64,000 bases of DNA from Bugula neritina (lineage: Eukaryota > Animalia > Bryozoa). The notes beneath the pieces are model-generated. The model searched no databases. It was given only the letters and a program-made list of their open reading frames with translations, and was not told where the DNA came from. Where the stretch lies: positions 9,910,722 through 9,974,721 of the forward strand of contig OZ037766.1 of assembly GCA_964035545.1 (NCBI GenBank), written 5' to 3'. This document shows positions 45,358 through 57,308 of this stretch, piece after piece (the stretch's first letter is position 1; each line of letters begins with the position of its first letter). The position numbers and the translations under genes were made by a program.

Positions 45358-48300
45358 TTGAAGCAAATAATGTGTTTATATTTTATAAATATTTCTCATG
45401 TTGCACTGAAGTAATATGGTTACTCAATAGACCATATAAATTTAGTAAATTTACTACCTTGGACTATTTCTAGAATACTCACCACTATAACTTTTATAAA
45501 CTTCTGCATGTTCAAATGCAAAATGCATACCTCTAGAAAATAGCTGTGAAACTTTTATTTAATGCACTATTTTATTTCATATCTTAAACTTATAAATCAT
45601 GAGTTCATTTTTCAAAATGTTTAAATTAAGTGCTTAAAAATGTATTCCTGCACAAATACCCTAGAGCAGTTTGACCACAACCCCAGCTGTTTTGGCAAAA
45701 CACATTTAAGGGTTTTTTTGTTGACATAGTGGAGAATGTTTTTGGCAGTTGGGTAGACTTGAACTCCAGCTGCTTATACGCAATCTGATTGGCAGGATTT
45801 TACATGATCAGTTGATGTTTGTATCTGATTGGTCTAATAATGCATTTGCATTTGAAAATGTAGAGTTTTATAAAAATTATAATGGTGATATTTTAGAGTC
45901 GGTACACACCCTTTTTCGGTTGAATTTTATAGTCTGATCATGCTGTAGTCATCTACAACACTTCAGTGTATGGAGAAATTATTAGTATTACGAAATCTGT
46001 TTTGGCTTACTTTGCTATGCTAGTTTTCCGACTTAGTTGTTAAGTGATATAGTTTTAAATCAATGCATACTACTAAATACATTCTCATAGTCTGGTTACT
46101 TTGCGTGCTTCAGTTTACTTTAATGTAATTATTTAAAAAATTGTTCAACATGCACATTACAAATGCATTAGCCTGCAGTATAACCATAAATTATATGCTT
46201 GTGTACCCACTACTATTTTATTTTAAATCTGTAAAACAGCAGTTTTTTGCTCTGTCACATTCATCTGCATCGAGTGGTCCAATATTTAAACGCCTAGGAC
46301 TCTTTTGCATTAGCTGGCAAAGTTTCTTCTTGCTCAATTACCTTTAATGAAGTTAGACTACAAGAATAGCTGTAAGATGAATTCTGTTGCTTTACATTTG
46401 TTGAACATATTTTCTGTTCTTTTTTTTCCAGATGTTCTGTCAAAACCACTGTTTTTGTGCCTTTTGAACTATAAGTTTTGGTGCATTTGTATCCCAAGTG
46501 AAGGGTTGGGTTTGGATTTCGCTCAGTTGGCTGACCGTCCTTAAAATGTAGGGAGCAAACTCTGGATTGTTTTAGAGTCCATAAATTTCCTAATTCATCT
46601 TTCCGATTTATTAAAACACACCAATCGTGACTCTGTTGCTCATTTTTTGTGGCAACATATAAAGAGTAAAAAGATCTAATTGTCCAGGATTGCTCTTTCG
46701 AAACTTTTGAAGTTTGTATTCTCCATTATGGCAGTTTTTAACTGCGCAGATTCTCATGCCGATCTGTAAAATTCCAAGCAAAATATTCGGTATTGGATTA
46801 GATTCCTACCAGAACAAAGTTAAGAAATATACCACAGATCTTTTGGAATATAAGTTGTGAACACAGTTTTGTGCTAAAGCCAGTAATTAATGTAGCCAAT
46901 ATTGTTGACTTTGAGTAAGTAAAAGTTGAAAAATATGGTAAAAAGCCAAGCCTTGAAAAATGGCAAAAGTTCAAGAAACCAGATTATCAAAAGGTACAAC
47001 ACATATGGAGTACTATGTCTGAGAGTAATGACCATCAAAATGTTCTATTTTCTGTAGTACTGCATATGTTTGATATACGTAACAAACATTTTGTGTTATG
47101 TATGTACATCAAGCATACATATAAATTGAGGAGTTTTCTTATAGATGTTGAACCATTTAAAAAATCTGGTCATGTCAATCCTGGCAGAGAGCGCAGATAG
47201 TCCAGAGCATTTCTCTAAATTGGTCAGAACCATGTCCATAACAAGAAATCAAGTGTGGGAAATAGAAGCAGCAAAAGTGACGTAGAGTGACAGCCCTCTC
47301 TGGAGATTGCTCAGATATGGCGAGTTACTGCTTCTAATTTCTATCGTGTGAAGACACAAATGGAATCTCAAGTTAATGACGCACGTACTGACATGAGCAA
47401 ATTGGTAAGCTCATTAATAAGCCCAGGAGACATAAGCTCTGTACCTTCCATTCAGCACGGCCGCTCAATGGAAGCTAAAGCAAAACAGACATACTTGGAT
47501 TCAAACAGCCCTCATCGCAAGAAACTAACTCTTAGGGACTGTGGACCGTTTTTGTTCACAAAATTTGGGTTTTCAGGTGCTTCCCCTGATATGATAGTGA
47601 GCTGTGAGTGTCACGGGTAAGGCATTCTAGAAATTAAGTGTCTGGCTTTAGATGATTTCCCATCATTCAACACAGTTTCCTTTCTGAAAATTTTTTTTGA
47701 TGGCACAAAGTCTATTCTCAAATAGAAACACCAATATTATGGCCAAGTACAAGGTCAGCTTAAAATAACTAAAGCTGAATATTGTGACTTTTTTGTATTT
47801 ACTGTAAGAGGAAGTGTTACTCAACGCATAACACATGACTTGAGATTCACGGAAACCATGTTCATCAAACTGTCCAGATTTTCTATCGATTATCTGAGTC
47901 CAGCATTTTGGCTGCAGCATAATCAAAATGAGGAACCTTCGAAAAAGCAGACCTGTTTTTCAGAATTAAAAACAAAGCCTTTAGCTGCAGCAAATATGCA
48001 GTGAAAATAAAAATACTAAGAGTAGGTCTTTCTTTGACAATGATGTAAACATAAAGCCTTCATTTTGGACTGAGGTTTTGTGTAACTGCCACTGATTTAA
48101 TATAAATATATGCATATTTTGTTTATGTACATTAAATATTTCACTTGTTTTGAAATAATTTATTTTTATGTCAAGCCTCATTTTAATAAATTAATTGTCA
48201 ATACAAGACTAGGTCAAATATGATCTGAAGATAATATACAAATGTAAATGGTCTTGATTTATAATATATAGATCTCAACAAAGAGAGCCAAAAGGGAGCT

Positions 48301-51300
48301 CGCACGGACACACGCATATAGATAAAAGTTTACATGCGTTGTCTGTTGTTAACAACTGTTGGCAAAATGCTAGGTAAAACAATTTTTTAAATAATTACAA
48401 TAAAGTAAACTGAAGCACGCTAAATAACCAGATTATGAGAATGTATTTAGTAGTATGCATTGATTTAAAACTAAATCATGAAATTATTATCATTATTGCA
48501 ATCTCTGTGCTTGGTAAACAGGATAGAGAGAGGTGGTGTGACTGCTGTAACTGTGCTACTACTCTACATACTAACAGAAACTAGCCCAGTGTTTTTACGT
48601 GCCTTACATAAGATATTATAATAGAACTGATAAGTTTGGTCTAGCCAATGTCATTGCAGCTCAGTGTCTGTGCTTGTGTGCTATGCTCTCACTACTGCTT
48701 TACAATACAACCAAGTAACAGCACTGATTGATTTGATGTTCCAAGGCCCAAGTAATGTCTACCTTTGATGAAATCACCCTAAGTTATAACTGTCTACATA
48801 GGTGCTTACAAACTAAATCAGAAAACTGGCATAGCAAAGTAAGCCAAGACAGATTTCGTAATACTAATAATTTCTCCATACACTGAAGTGTTGTAGATGA
48901 CTACAGCATGATCAGACTATAAAACTCAATCGAAAAGAAGTGTGTACGAACTCTAAAATATCACCATTATAACTTATATGAAACTCTACATTTTCAAATG
49001 CAAATGCATTATTAGGCCAATCAGATACAAACATCAACTGAACGTGTAAAATCCTGCCAATCAGAATTGCGTAAAAGCTGCTGGGGTTCAAGTCTACCCA
49101 ACTGCCAAAAACATTCACCACTATGGTAATAAAAAAGAACCATTAAATGTATTTTGCCAAAACAGCTGGAATTGTGGTCAAACTGCTCTAGGGTATTTGT
49201 GCAGAAATACATTTTTAAATGCATTTTTTAAGCACTAAATTTAAACATTTTGAAAAATGAATTTATGATTCATAAATTTAAGATATGAAATAAAAAAATG
49301 CATGTAATAAAAGTTGCACAGCTATTTTCTAGAAGTATGCATTTTGCATTTGAACTTGCAGAAGTCTATATAAGTTATAGTGGTGAGTATTCTAGAATTA
49401 GTACAAGGTACTAAATGTACCAAATTTACATGGTCTATTAGACTGAGGCAAAAGCTACGAGTCCTTCTAAGAAACAGAAAACTGGTGCAGATGCTACAAG
49501 TTCTTCTAAGAAACAGGAAACTGAGGCAGATGCTACAAGTCTTTCTAAGAAACATGAAACTGAGGCAAATGCTACGAGTCCTGCTAAGAAACAGGAAACT
49601 AAGGCAGATGCTACAAGTCCTTCTAAGAAACAGGAAACTGAGGCAGATGCTACCAGTCCTTCTAAGAAACGGAAAACTGACGCAGATGCTACCAGTCCTT
49701 CTAAGAAACGGAAAACTGAGGCAGATGCCATGAGTTCTTCTAAGAAACAGAAAACTGAAGCAGAAGCCATGAGTCCTTCTGAGAAACAGAAAACAGAGGC
49801 AGATGAGATGTCCAAAGCTAAACCTCCTATTTCATTGGAGGAGATGGATTTTCCTTCCAGTGCCTCAACTAAAACAGGAAACACCTGGAATAGAAAGTTT
49901 ATTTCTATGAATGTTAATGGATTTCGAGCATTTCTAAAAGTAAGGTTTGCCTCTACTATGTAAATGTAACTCTGTTATTATATGAACTAATTGAAAAATT
50001 GTGTCACAGCATATTGCACAATCCATATTTACTCAATATCCCAACTTACCATTTTCAAATTGTTATGTATTCATACTGTTAAGAAAGGCTCAATCTGTTG
50101 ACTATTTTCATAGCTTATGCTCACAATTTCTGCAAAGTTATATACATTACATATGTGTGTGTGTTCGTGCGCACGCACGCGTGTGTGTGTATTGGAAAAC
50201 AGTCTGTAAAAACATAAATGTTTACATTACGTTCTAAAACTCAGTATGTCATTCTGATTCCAATTCTGAATCCAATGTGTGTCATCTCCATACTTAATAA
50301 AGTATATATTCTATTTAGCAAGCTTTGATTCTGTCACCAACTTTCAAATTTACTTTTGCTAAGCATTCCTTCTTCCATGTGTTTTATCATCAGAAAGGAG
50401 GCTTGGATTACATTAAGAAAGAATCTGCTGATGTTTTCTGCATCCAAGAGACAAAATGTTCGGACAAAGACATTCCAGTTGATGATTTCAAGAAAGCTGG
50501 ATTCTCAACTCATTTTCTTGCTGGCGATAAAGCTGGTTATAGCGGAGTAGGTATTATCTACAAGGATCCACCAATCAGCATCAAGGATGGCATAGGTAAG
50601 TATCGTTGATAAACATGAATGTAATTGCAATGGATCAATAAGGGTGCTTTTTATTAATGGGAGGCTCAGTAAACCACCAGGTTTTATGGCCAACTTCATG
50701 TGGTCAGAGGTTAGTTGAAAGTTCATAGTAACAACTTAGAATTTGAGTACATTGACCCCCTGTTCACACATTGCCTACCGTGCGCCGTAACAGCAAATGT
50801 CCGCCATCTTTCATAACATCGGGCTGAATCGTACCCCGGTCTACGCTGCGGGGTTGATCAAGCAGTGCTTGATTCAAAAAACCACGGCGAGCTCCTATTG
50901 GGTAGAGTTGATCTGGTACTAAAATTTAAAGAACAATTTTGCTAGTTTAATTGCTTATTGTTGATTAAATTTAACCAATTCAAAAGTTTTGAAGGATTAA
51001 AAAATCGTCATCCGGCTTGTTTAAATTAAACTCAGCTTAAAAATCTAGCTTTCCTTAATCACAAAAGCACGAAAACCAAAAACTTAGAAATTATTTGGAC
51101 GGCTAAAATATTTATTATTCAAATTAGTTTGCACAAATATTTTAAGGACACATATATTTAAAAAAGAGAGTATTTCCTTTTAATTGCTTTTATTTAGTCA
51201 ATAGCATTTATATAACGTCTTTTGGAAATAATGTCGCGAATAGTTTGTGAATAACATCCTAAGGCAAACAGGTCACCGCAGACAAGAATTAGCCTTATTA

Positions 51301-54205
51301 TGATTGGTCACAGCTCAACATTATGCGTTGTACTTTTACGTCAGTGTGTGAACGCCTGTTGACAAAACGTAACAACGGCGCCATTTTGTTTGTGCTGTTA
51401 CGGCGCACCGTACGGCAATATGTGAACACAGAGTGGTATATATTAGGAGTGTTGACTTTAGTATTTACGTGCATGATTGAGTTTTAATTATTCTTTTAAT
51501 TTTATGTGCATTTAAAATGTGTTTAAAAACTTTACCAATAAACAAAACTAAAATAATGTACACAAAAAAATAACAAAAATTTTTCCTTTATAACTTATAT
51601 AAACTCGCGGTACCAATCGCGGCATAATGATTTTTCATGCTCTAAAGTCAACACTCCTAAATATACCACACTGTGTTAACAGGGGGTTAATGGTTACATG
51701 TGTAAGAACTTGGTTTGTCATGTGAATATAGTTTGAAAATGACTAAATCGTACATTGTTGTAAGTAAATGGTAGTGCTTACATGTGTTCACATTAAGAGT
51801 TGTCTTCCTTCTGGTGAGGCAAATTCGGTAGTTTGCAATAACTACAGCTAGTTAAAAAAGGAACACTTCATGGCTCTGACTATCATTTAAGTTGTCAATT
51901 TTTTTGTTTTTGAATTAGAATAATACAATACTTTTAATACTTAATTTCCGTTTCTAGGCTTCACCAAAGTATTTTGGAACTAGTTATTCCCTTCTAACTT
52001 TTTGCAGATGTAGAGAAGCATGATGATGAGGGGAGAGTGATAACTGCTGAATATGAAGGCTACTACTTGGTAACTGTGTGTAAGTCTAAACAATTTTACT
52101 TATATTGCTTACAATATATTTTGTATTATTTAGTTTATTTTGCTATTATTTTAGTCCTGCACTTGTATTTTATCACTGGCTGCAAACTTGCATTGTAAAG
52201 TTTGCAATATTTTAGACGTGCCCAACTCTGGGAGAGGGTTGAAACGGCTTGAATACAGAACTAAAGAATGGGATGTTGATTTTAGAAAGTATCTGAAAGA
52301 ACTGGATAACAAAAAGCCAGTTATTGTGTGCGGAGATTTGAATGTGGCTCACAATGAAATAGGTGAGTAAAATTACTATACATGATTTGTCCAGTTGTAA
52401 GCATGAAGTGTAGCATCAATAGTTGAGCTGCTACAAATTCTTTTGCTATCCAACTATAACAACTAGCAACATAACTTATTATATCCAGCTTATAAGATTC
52501 TCTTTCATTAAGAAAGGTATGTTACTTCATGTTCTCAACAAACTTATATACATGAATAGAAAATTGCTTTGCTTCAGAACTTTTTCGAAATACGTCATCT
52601 TTGTTGGCTCGAAAAATCCTAAATTTTGTAAAGATGTAAAGAAAGTGTTAAGTAATTGAAGTCTTTTAAATGCTCTTCATGGTTATTTAAATTTTAAATC
52701 CTTGTAGTTTTCCAACCTAAAAATTGTTTTGCATTTTTATATGTAAACCTTATCAATGGAATAGTTTTTAGTTATTACCAGCAAACAAGTGCTTTTGTAG
52801 CTTTTTGTTGGACCATAGTTTCAATCAAACTACAGCTCACTTGGAGAGCATATGCAAAAATAATTGTGCTAATTGCGTAGTAGTAACATCGTTATAACTT
52901 ATTTGTTAGTGTGGTTAAAATTTAAGGGTGGCCCAAAAGTTGGAATTGGTGACATTTTTTTCTCAAGCTTGAGAAAAACATCAATATGGTCTTGATATGG
53001 CATAGAAAACATAATACATTTCCCTAAAAAATAAAATTGCTATTTTTTTGTGTCAGTAATGGATTATTTTATTAAACGTAGTGGCATTTTTTCGATTGTA
53101 AATATTGAGAAAAAAACTTTTGCAGTTCTAGCCTCCATAAGTTTAGGTTATTAGCTGACATTTCATTGCTGAATAAATGGCGAGAAAGAGCAAAAAAAAC
53201 AATTATTGAAGAAAAGATAAGAAAACTCCCACTTCAATTACATGATAATTATTTTTCTAAAAAAAACTAAAACAATGCATACATTCAATTGCTCTTGAAC
53301 TTGATGAATTATCTTTTTGGGGCCAGTTGTAGCCTTTTAAACAAGTTATTCTTCAAAGTCACTTTTATGTTTGATTGAAAATGATTTTTGTTTGGCTATA
53401 TATACTTGGGCTAATAGTTTTCCCTTGTCTCTTAGCAGCACGATTTTAAATAACCTTCCTATTTTTAACCCAGAATGAAAATCAGCTATTGCTTCATCAT
53501 GTATGAATAATGATTGAATTTTACTGCAAAGCAATCAAAACCTACATAGGTCGACCAAAAAATGCTTTGAAGTTAATAGTTGTGTGCAAATGTGTTCAGC
53601 TGCAATCAATTAAATATTTTTTGCAAGATGTGTCCAAACTACTATAATACTGCTTGTCAATGTTCACCTATATTACGTTATTATTGTAACTTTTAACTTT
53701 GTGTTGAATGCTTGATTCCTTGGCATATTCAGATCTGAAGAATCCGAAGAGCAACAAAAACAAGACACCAGGCTTCTGTGATGCTGAAAGAGAAGGGCTA
53801 ACTGAGTTGCTCCAGGAAGGTTTTATAGACACTTACAGACATATTTATCCTAACAAAGAACAGGCTTATAGTTTTTGGACTTACATGGGAAATGCAAGGG
53901 CAAAGAATGTTGGATGGTAAATCAATATAAATGTTGTACCAAGTGCTGTTTAATTGTGTTTGTGTGGTTAGTTTTCATGTATTATAATTTATACTCAATA
54001 TCATTGCACCACTGTTATGAGTAGCTTGCCATTTATCTTAGTGAAATTTTGAATAGCAAATAACTAATTCTTATTATTATATTACAGGAGACTAGACTAC
54101 TTTCTCGTATCAAAACGATTGGAAGATAAAATGTGTGATAGTCTTATGAGGAGTGAAGTTATGGGCAGTGATCACTGTCCAATTGCCTTACTCATGGCTT
54201 TCTAA
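45136..54205 (+). CDS. APEX1: AP endonuclease 1 (ExoIII family) with a repetitive N-terminal extension, ~413 aa, 7 coding exons
   Basis: Exons 45136-45156 (MAKRKSK), 49442-49939, 50394-50595, 52008-52079, 52216-52362, 53733-53916, 54088-54205. Motifs [63 protein letters not shown]. Confidence 0.93.
45266..45354. repeat. (TA)n microsatellite
   Basis: Long TA run in APEX1 intron 1. Confidence 0.95.
46294..46757 (-). pseudogene. THAP-domain remnant (transposase N-terminus), frameshifted
   Basis: [42 protein letters not shown] read across frameshifts. No DDE core follows. Confidence 0.75.
47250..47900 (+). pseudogene. YqaJ/lambda-exonuclease-like gene remnant
   Basis: [35 protein letters not shown], with an in-frame stop and frameshifts. 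Confidence 0.8.
49442..49792 (+). repeat. Coding minisatellite, 9 x 39 bp (13 aa, consensus [14 protein letters not shown]), in APEX1 exon 2
   Basis: Nine tandem copies plus a partial tenth, in frame with the nuclease domain. Confidence 0.92.
50756..51686. mobile_element. Compound or nested MITE in an APEX1 intron (piggyBac-like outer ends)
   Basis: TTGA|CCCCCTGTT..AACAGGGGG|TTAA. Internal inverted pairs at 50760-50797/51391-51428 and 51427-51461/51642-51676. Confidence 0.7.
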
Positions 54206-54532
54206 AATGTTCTCAAAAATATTGGCATACTAGTCAACTGTTTTTGAAATGTTCAATTGTTTTAGTCATGCGAATCTGTAGCCAGTAATATTACTTGTAT
54301 AATTCATAATAAGTTGTCAATTTTGTACATAAATATATTTTAACAAGAACATTATTCACATACTTTTCCGAAGTGTTCCACATTTGTAAATAAATAACAT
54401 TTTTAATGTTTTAATAGTATTTTCAAAGTAGAAATGTTGAAATACTCTCCATTGGCATGAAATTTAGATATTCTGTTTACAATATATACAAAATCCAGTA
54501 GCATTTATAAACTTGCTAAATACTTCCTTTTT

Positions 54533-56661
54533 CTATGTTGTAGGTCTTGGCTTTAATATTAATTTACCAGTCTACAAAAATAAATTAAAATTATTGCATC
54601 TGGCTACTTAAGTAAAACTAATAATTTTCATCAACATACTGTATATATTAAATAAAAAAACAGCAATTTAACTCTTTCAGACCTGGTATAGGACAGCTAT
54701 TTATTTCAAGACTTGAAAATTATTTGAGAATTCTCTAGAATCTAGATATTCTATTAAATAGCTATTACATATGCATTCATTTTATATTAATACAATAATA
54801 CACGCAGCAACAGCACAAAAATGAGCTAAAGAATTACAAAGCTTTAATTATTTCAAATAAAAATTTGTGCTAAACATGCCACCATAATTAAAACGCTATA
54901 AATTTCAGTCAACAAGGGTATAGTTCCAATGGGGTATAAAGATCAATGTTGAAATCGGTCTCTCAAAATAATAAACGCACATTTGCACATATTTTGTTTC
55001 AAAAATTTGTGCTTTTAATGGGAATGTTTTAACATGCTGTTTATCATGGATAAATTTACTTGCATAATTGTGTAAATGTAGCTTTTAAACTGCTCAGAGA
55101 ATTACAGTACACTGACTAAATACTTTGCAAAAATCACAGTCTAAAAAATCAATGGTTCACTAAAACCGTTGGCGTCTCCAATAAGAACAGTATACATGTG
55201 TCAATAATAAACAAAGGCATTTGTCTAAAATAGATTGTATCTGTAAAAGTTAAACAAAAAACTACTTACATCATCACAAGCCATATTGTAATCTTCAAGT
55301 ACCAATCTGCATCTTGATGCAATTCTATGTATTCTAAAGTTAAGGAATTAATTTAGCCTGCACAGTTACATTCTGAATCAAGTTTGCCAACTCTGTCCAG
55401 ATGTCGGTAGAGAAGAATATAAGTATATAAAGCATTAAATTGGCAGATACCAGAAGTGGCATAGCCATGGCCTACTGGTCTGGTATGGCAGCCACCATAG
55501 TTCTAAGTTGCAGACTCATTTCACAGTTAGGTGACATGATGTAGCCTTATTCTATTCAGCACTACTACTATTTCGCCAAAAGTATAGACATGGTATAAAA
55601 ACTTCACATCCTGATACAGATATTTTTATAAATGATACCCATATAATTATTGTGAAAACTCAACAAATGTTTTATTACATGAACAGTCAGGAATGCAAAT
55701 AATTTCAAATTATATTATTAATGTCAAATGTTTCGGTGACAAAGTAATTAATAATGTTCACCATTAAGGCTCAAACATGTATGCCTGAGTGTAGAGCAAT
55801 CTTTTACTCACATGTTTCTTATAACTTACACAATAATTATTTTTATTTATATAACATACAATTTTTCTATTTAATTTCACAAACAGTTCCATTCTTCACC
55901 AAACAAACAAAAACTGATTAATAAAAGTAATCCGACACATTTTAAAATGAGACCAAAAAGCACCGTAATTTAGCAAATATTTGTAATTGCATCAAAGATG
56001 TTGGAGTTGTCTGCCGTGCAGAATTTATTAACTAAAATTATAATTCTACCTATTTTATTAATACTTAATTGGGATTATACACTAGTGACTAGAGCAACTT
56101 ACATCAAGTCTCAATGACATTTAACCTTTCAGTTTTCTGCCTGCAATTACTAATCTCACCCTCGAAAGTTATGCAGATGTAAAAGGATACATGGATGGAG
56201 CGTAAACCCTCTTGTGTATTCCAGCAAGGAAGAGAAGCAGCAAGATTAAAATACTGAAAGTGAACAGCCAATGCTCCAGCAACGATTGCACAAAAGTAGT
56301 CTAAAATTTAGAAACAAGTCTATAATGAGTTGACAAGTGAGCAAATACAAATAAAATACAGCTGATTAGCTATATAACTTTCAATACCCAGCAATTTCAA
56401 TCATTGCCATGCAATTCCCTGATTTTAGCCAGTATATAAATTGAAGTGTGCGGGAAGCCACTTGCATAAAAACATGTAAATCCACTTGCAGTATATACAA
56501 TGTGAATAGATTTTCAATACACATTTGTAAGGTGTTTACATCAAGACTAGAAAATTTTTCAACTGGTAAAAATGAGTAGAATTTAACCTGTAAAGTTCTA
56601 GCATCCCTGAGCCAATTCCAAGCACCAGTTGCTGTACAAACAGTTGTGATTGCCAATATAA
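54533..56661 (-). CDS. CNEP1R1: Nuclear envelope phosphatase regulatory subunit 1 (TMEM188/Spo7-like), last four exons; 5' exons not found in the window
   Basis: Exons 56661-56588, 56300-56191, 55324-55270, 54571-54533 give [54 protein letters not shown], matching the conserved CNEP1R1 C-terminus. Confidence 0.92.
55325..56190 (-). other. U12-type GT-AG intron in CNEP1R1
   Basis: Donor GTATCCTTTT at 56190-56181 and perfect U12 branch site TTCCTTAAC at 55347-55339, 14 nt before the intron end. Confidence 0.93.
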
Positions 56662-56972
56662 CTGAAAAAAACATGCCATAACAAGCAAACAGCAAAAATA
56701 AATATGAAATATGTTTGCATGCACAATATTATTGATCTTGATTTGAACATTAAAGATAAAAACTGCAATGATTTGTAGTAGTGTTTTTGGAGTAGTTGCA
56801 GTTAAAAATATAAATCTGCTAGTAAGTTTTTTTTATGGAAGTATAAAAAGTCAAAAATCTGAAAAATATTTTCTAACTTTTGCCACCCACTTCATATTGG
56901 TATCTCAATAGAGTAGTTACAATTTTCATTATAATCTTGAACATGTCATTATTTTTTAACCGGATATAATAC

Positions 56973-57277
56973 TGTGGTGGTTCGTGGAACTACCAGCAGC
57001 ACAACATGTAGGGTCGCGTAATTGACCCGGAACAATGGATAGCCAATTAGCGTAGTTGAGAGTTAGCAGCAATTGTAGTTTCCCGCTGCTAACTCAGTCG
57101 AAGCTAGAGTGTGAAATAGATTAGATGTGTAACTTGTTAGAAATAATGTATCGTGTTTTTATGATGTATAGTTGTGAATAAAATATACTCGTTCACTCGA
57201 CTTAGCCTGGTGCAGTTCTATACTAGATAAATAGACTCTCTGGATAGCATATCAACCCTAATCTGAAAATTATAACA
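56973..57277 (+). repeat. 5' LTR (~305 bp, TG...CA)
   Basis: Starts TGTGGTGG, contains AATAAA, and ends ATAACA immediately before the PBS. The partner LTR is not in the window, so the left boundary is inferred. Confidence 0.7.
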
Positions 57278-57278
57278 G

Positions 57279-57296
57279 TGGTGGCAGCGGTGGGAT
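57279..57296 (+). promoter_or_regulatory. Primer-binding site, tRNA-Leu
   Basis: TGGTGGCAGCGGTGGGAT is complementary to the 3' end (..AUCCCACCGCUGCCACCA) of metazoan tRNA-Leu(AAG-type). Confidence 0.85.
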
Positions 57297-57308
57297 AGTG
57301 CATCCAAG

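Larger units (their letters stand above)
45429..49436. mobile_element. Defective ISL2EU-like (PHIS group) DNA transposon with very long TIRs
   Basis: Ends AT|AGACCA..TGGTCT|AT. Inverted arms ~45429-46145 and ~48378-49436, the right arm carrying an extra ~340 bp. Divergent THAP and YqaJ remnants lie inside; THAP-transposase + YqaJ with an AT TSD is the described ISL2EU arrangement. Confidence 0.8.

Noticed and set aside
45140-45414. ORFs with IYIYIY runs on both strands
   Set aside because: Translation of the (TA)n microsatellite.
45749-49121. Two similar short ORFs on opposite strands (..[15 protein letters not shown]..)
   Set aside because: They are the two TIR arms of the ISL2EU-like element, not duplicated genes.
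49322-49884. Repetitive ORFs in other frames and on the minus strand; regular repeats superficially CRISPR-like
   Set aside because: Alternative readings of the 39-bp APEX1 coding repeat; no unique spacers, no cas genes, eukaryotic context.
52923-53331. Possible Tc1/mariner-type MITE (AGGGTGGCCCAAAA ... TTTTGGGGCCAGTTG)
   Set aside because: Terminal match is too short and degenerate to support without a copy search.
55201-55225. Alternative CNEP1R1 last exon (TNAFVYY*) after a nearby AG
   Set aside because: Would need a ~44-nt intron, and the conserved [10 protein letters not shown] exon exists at 54571-54533.
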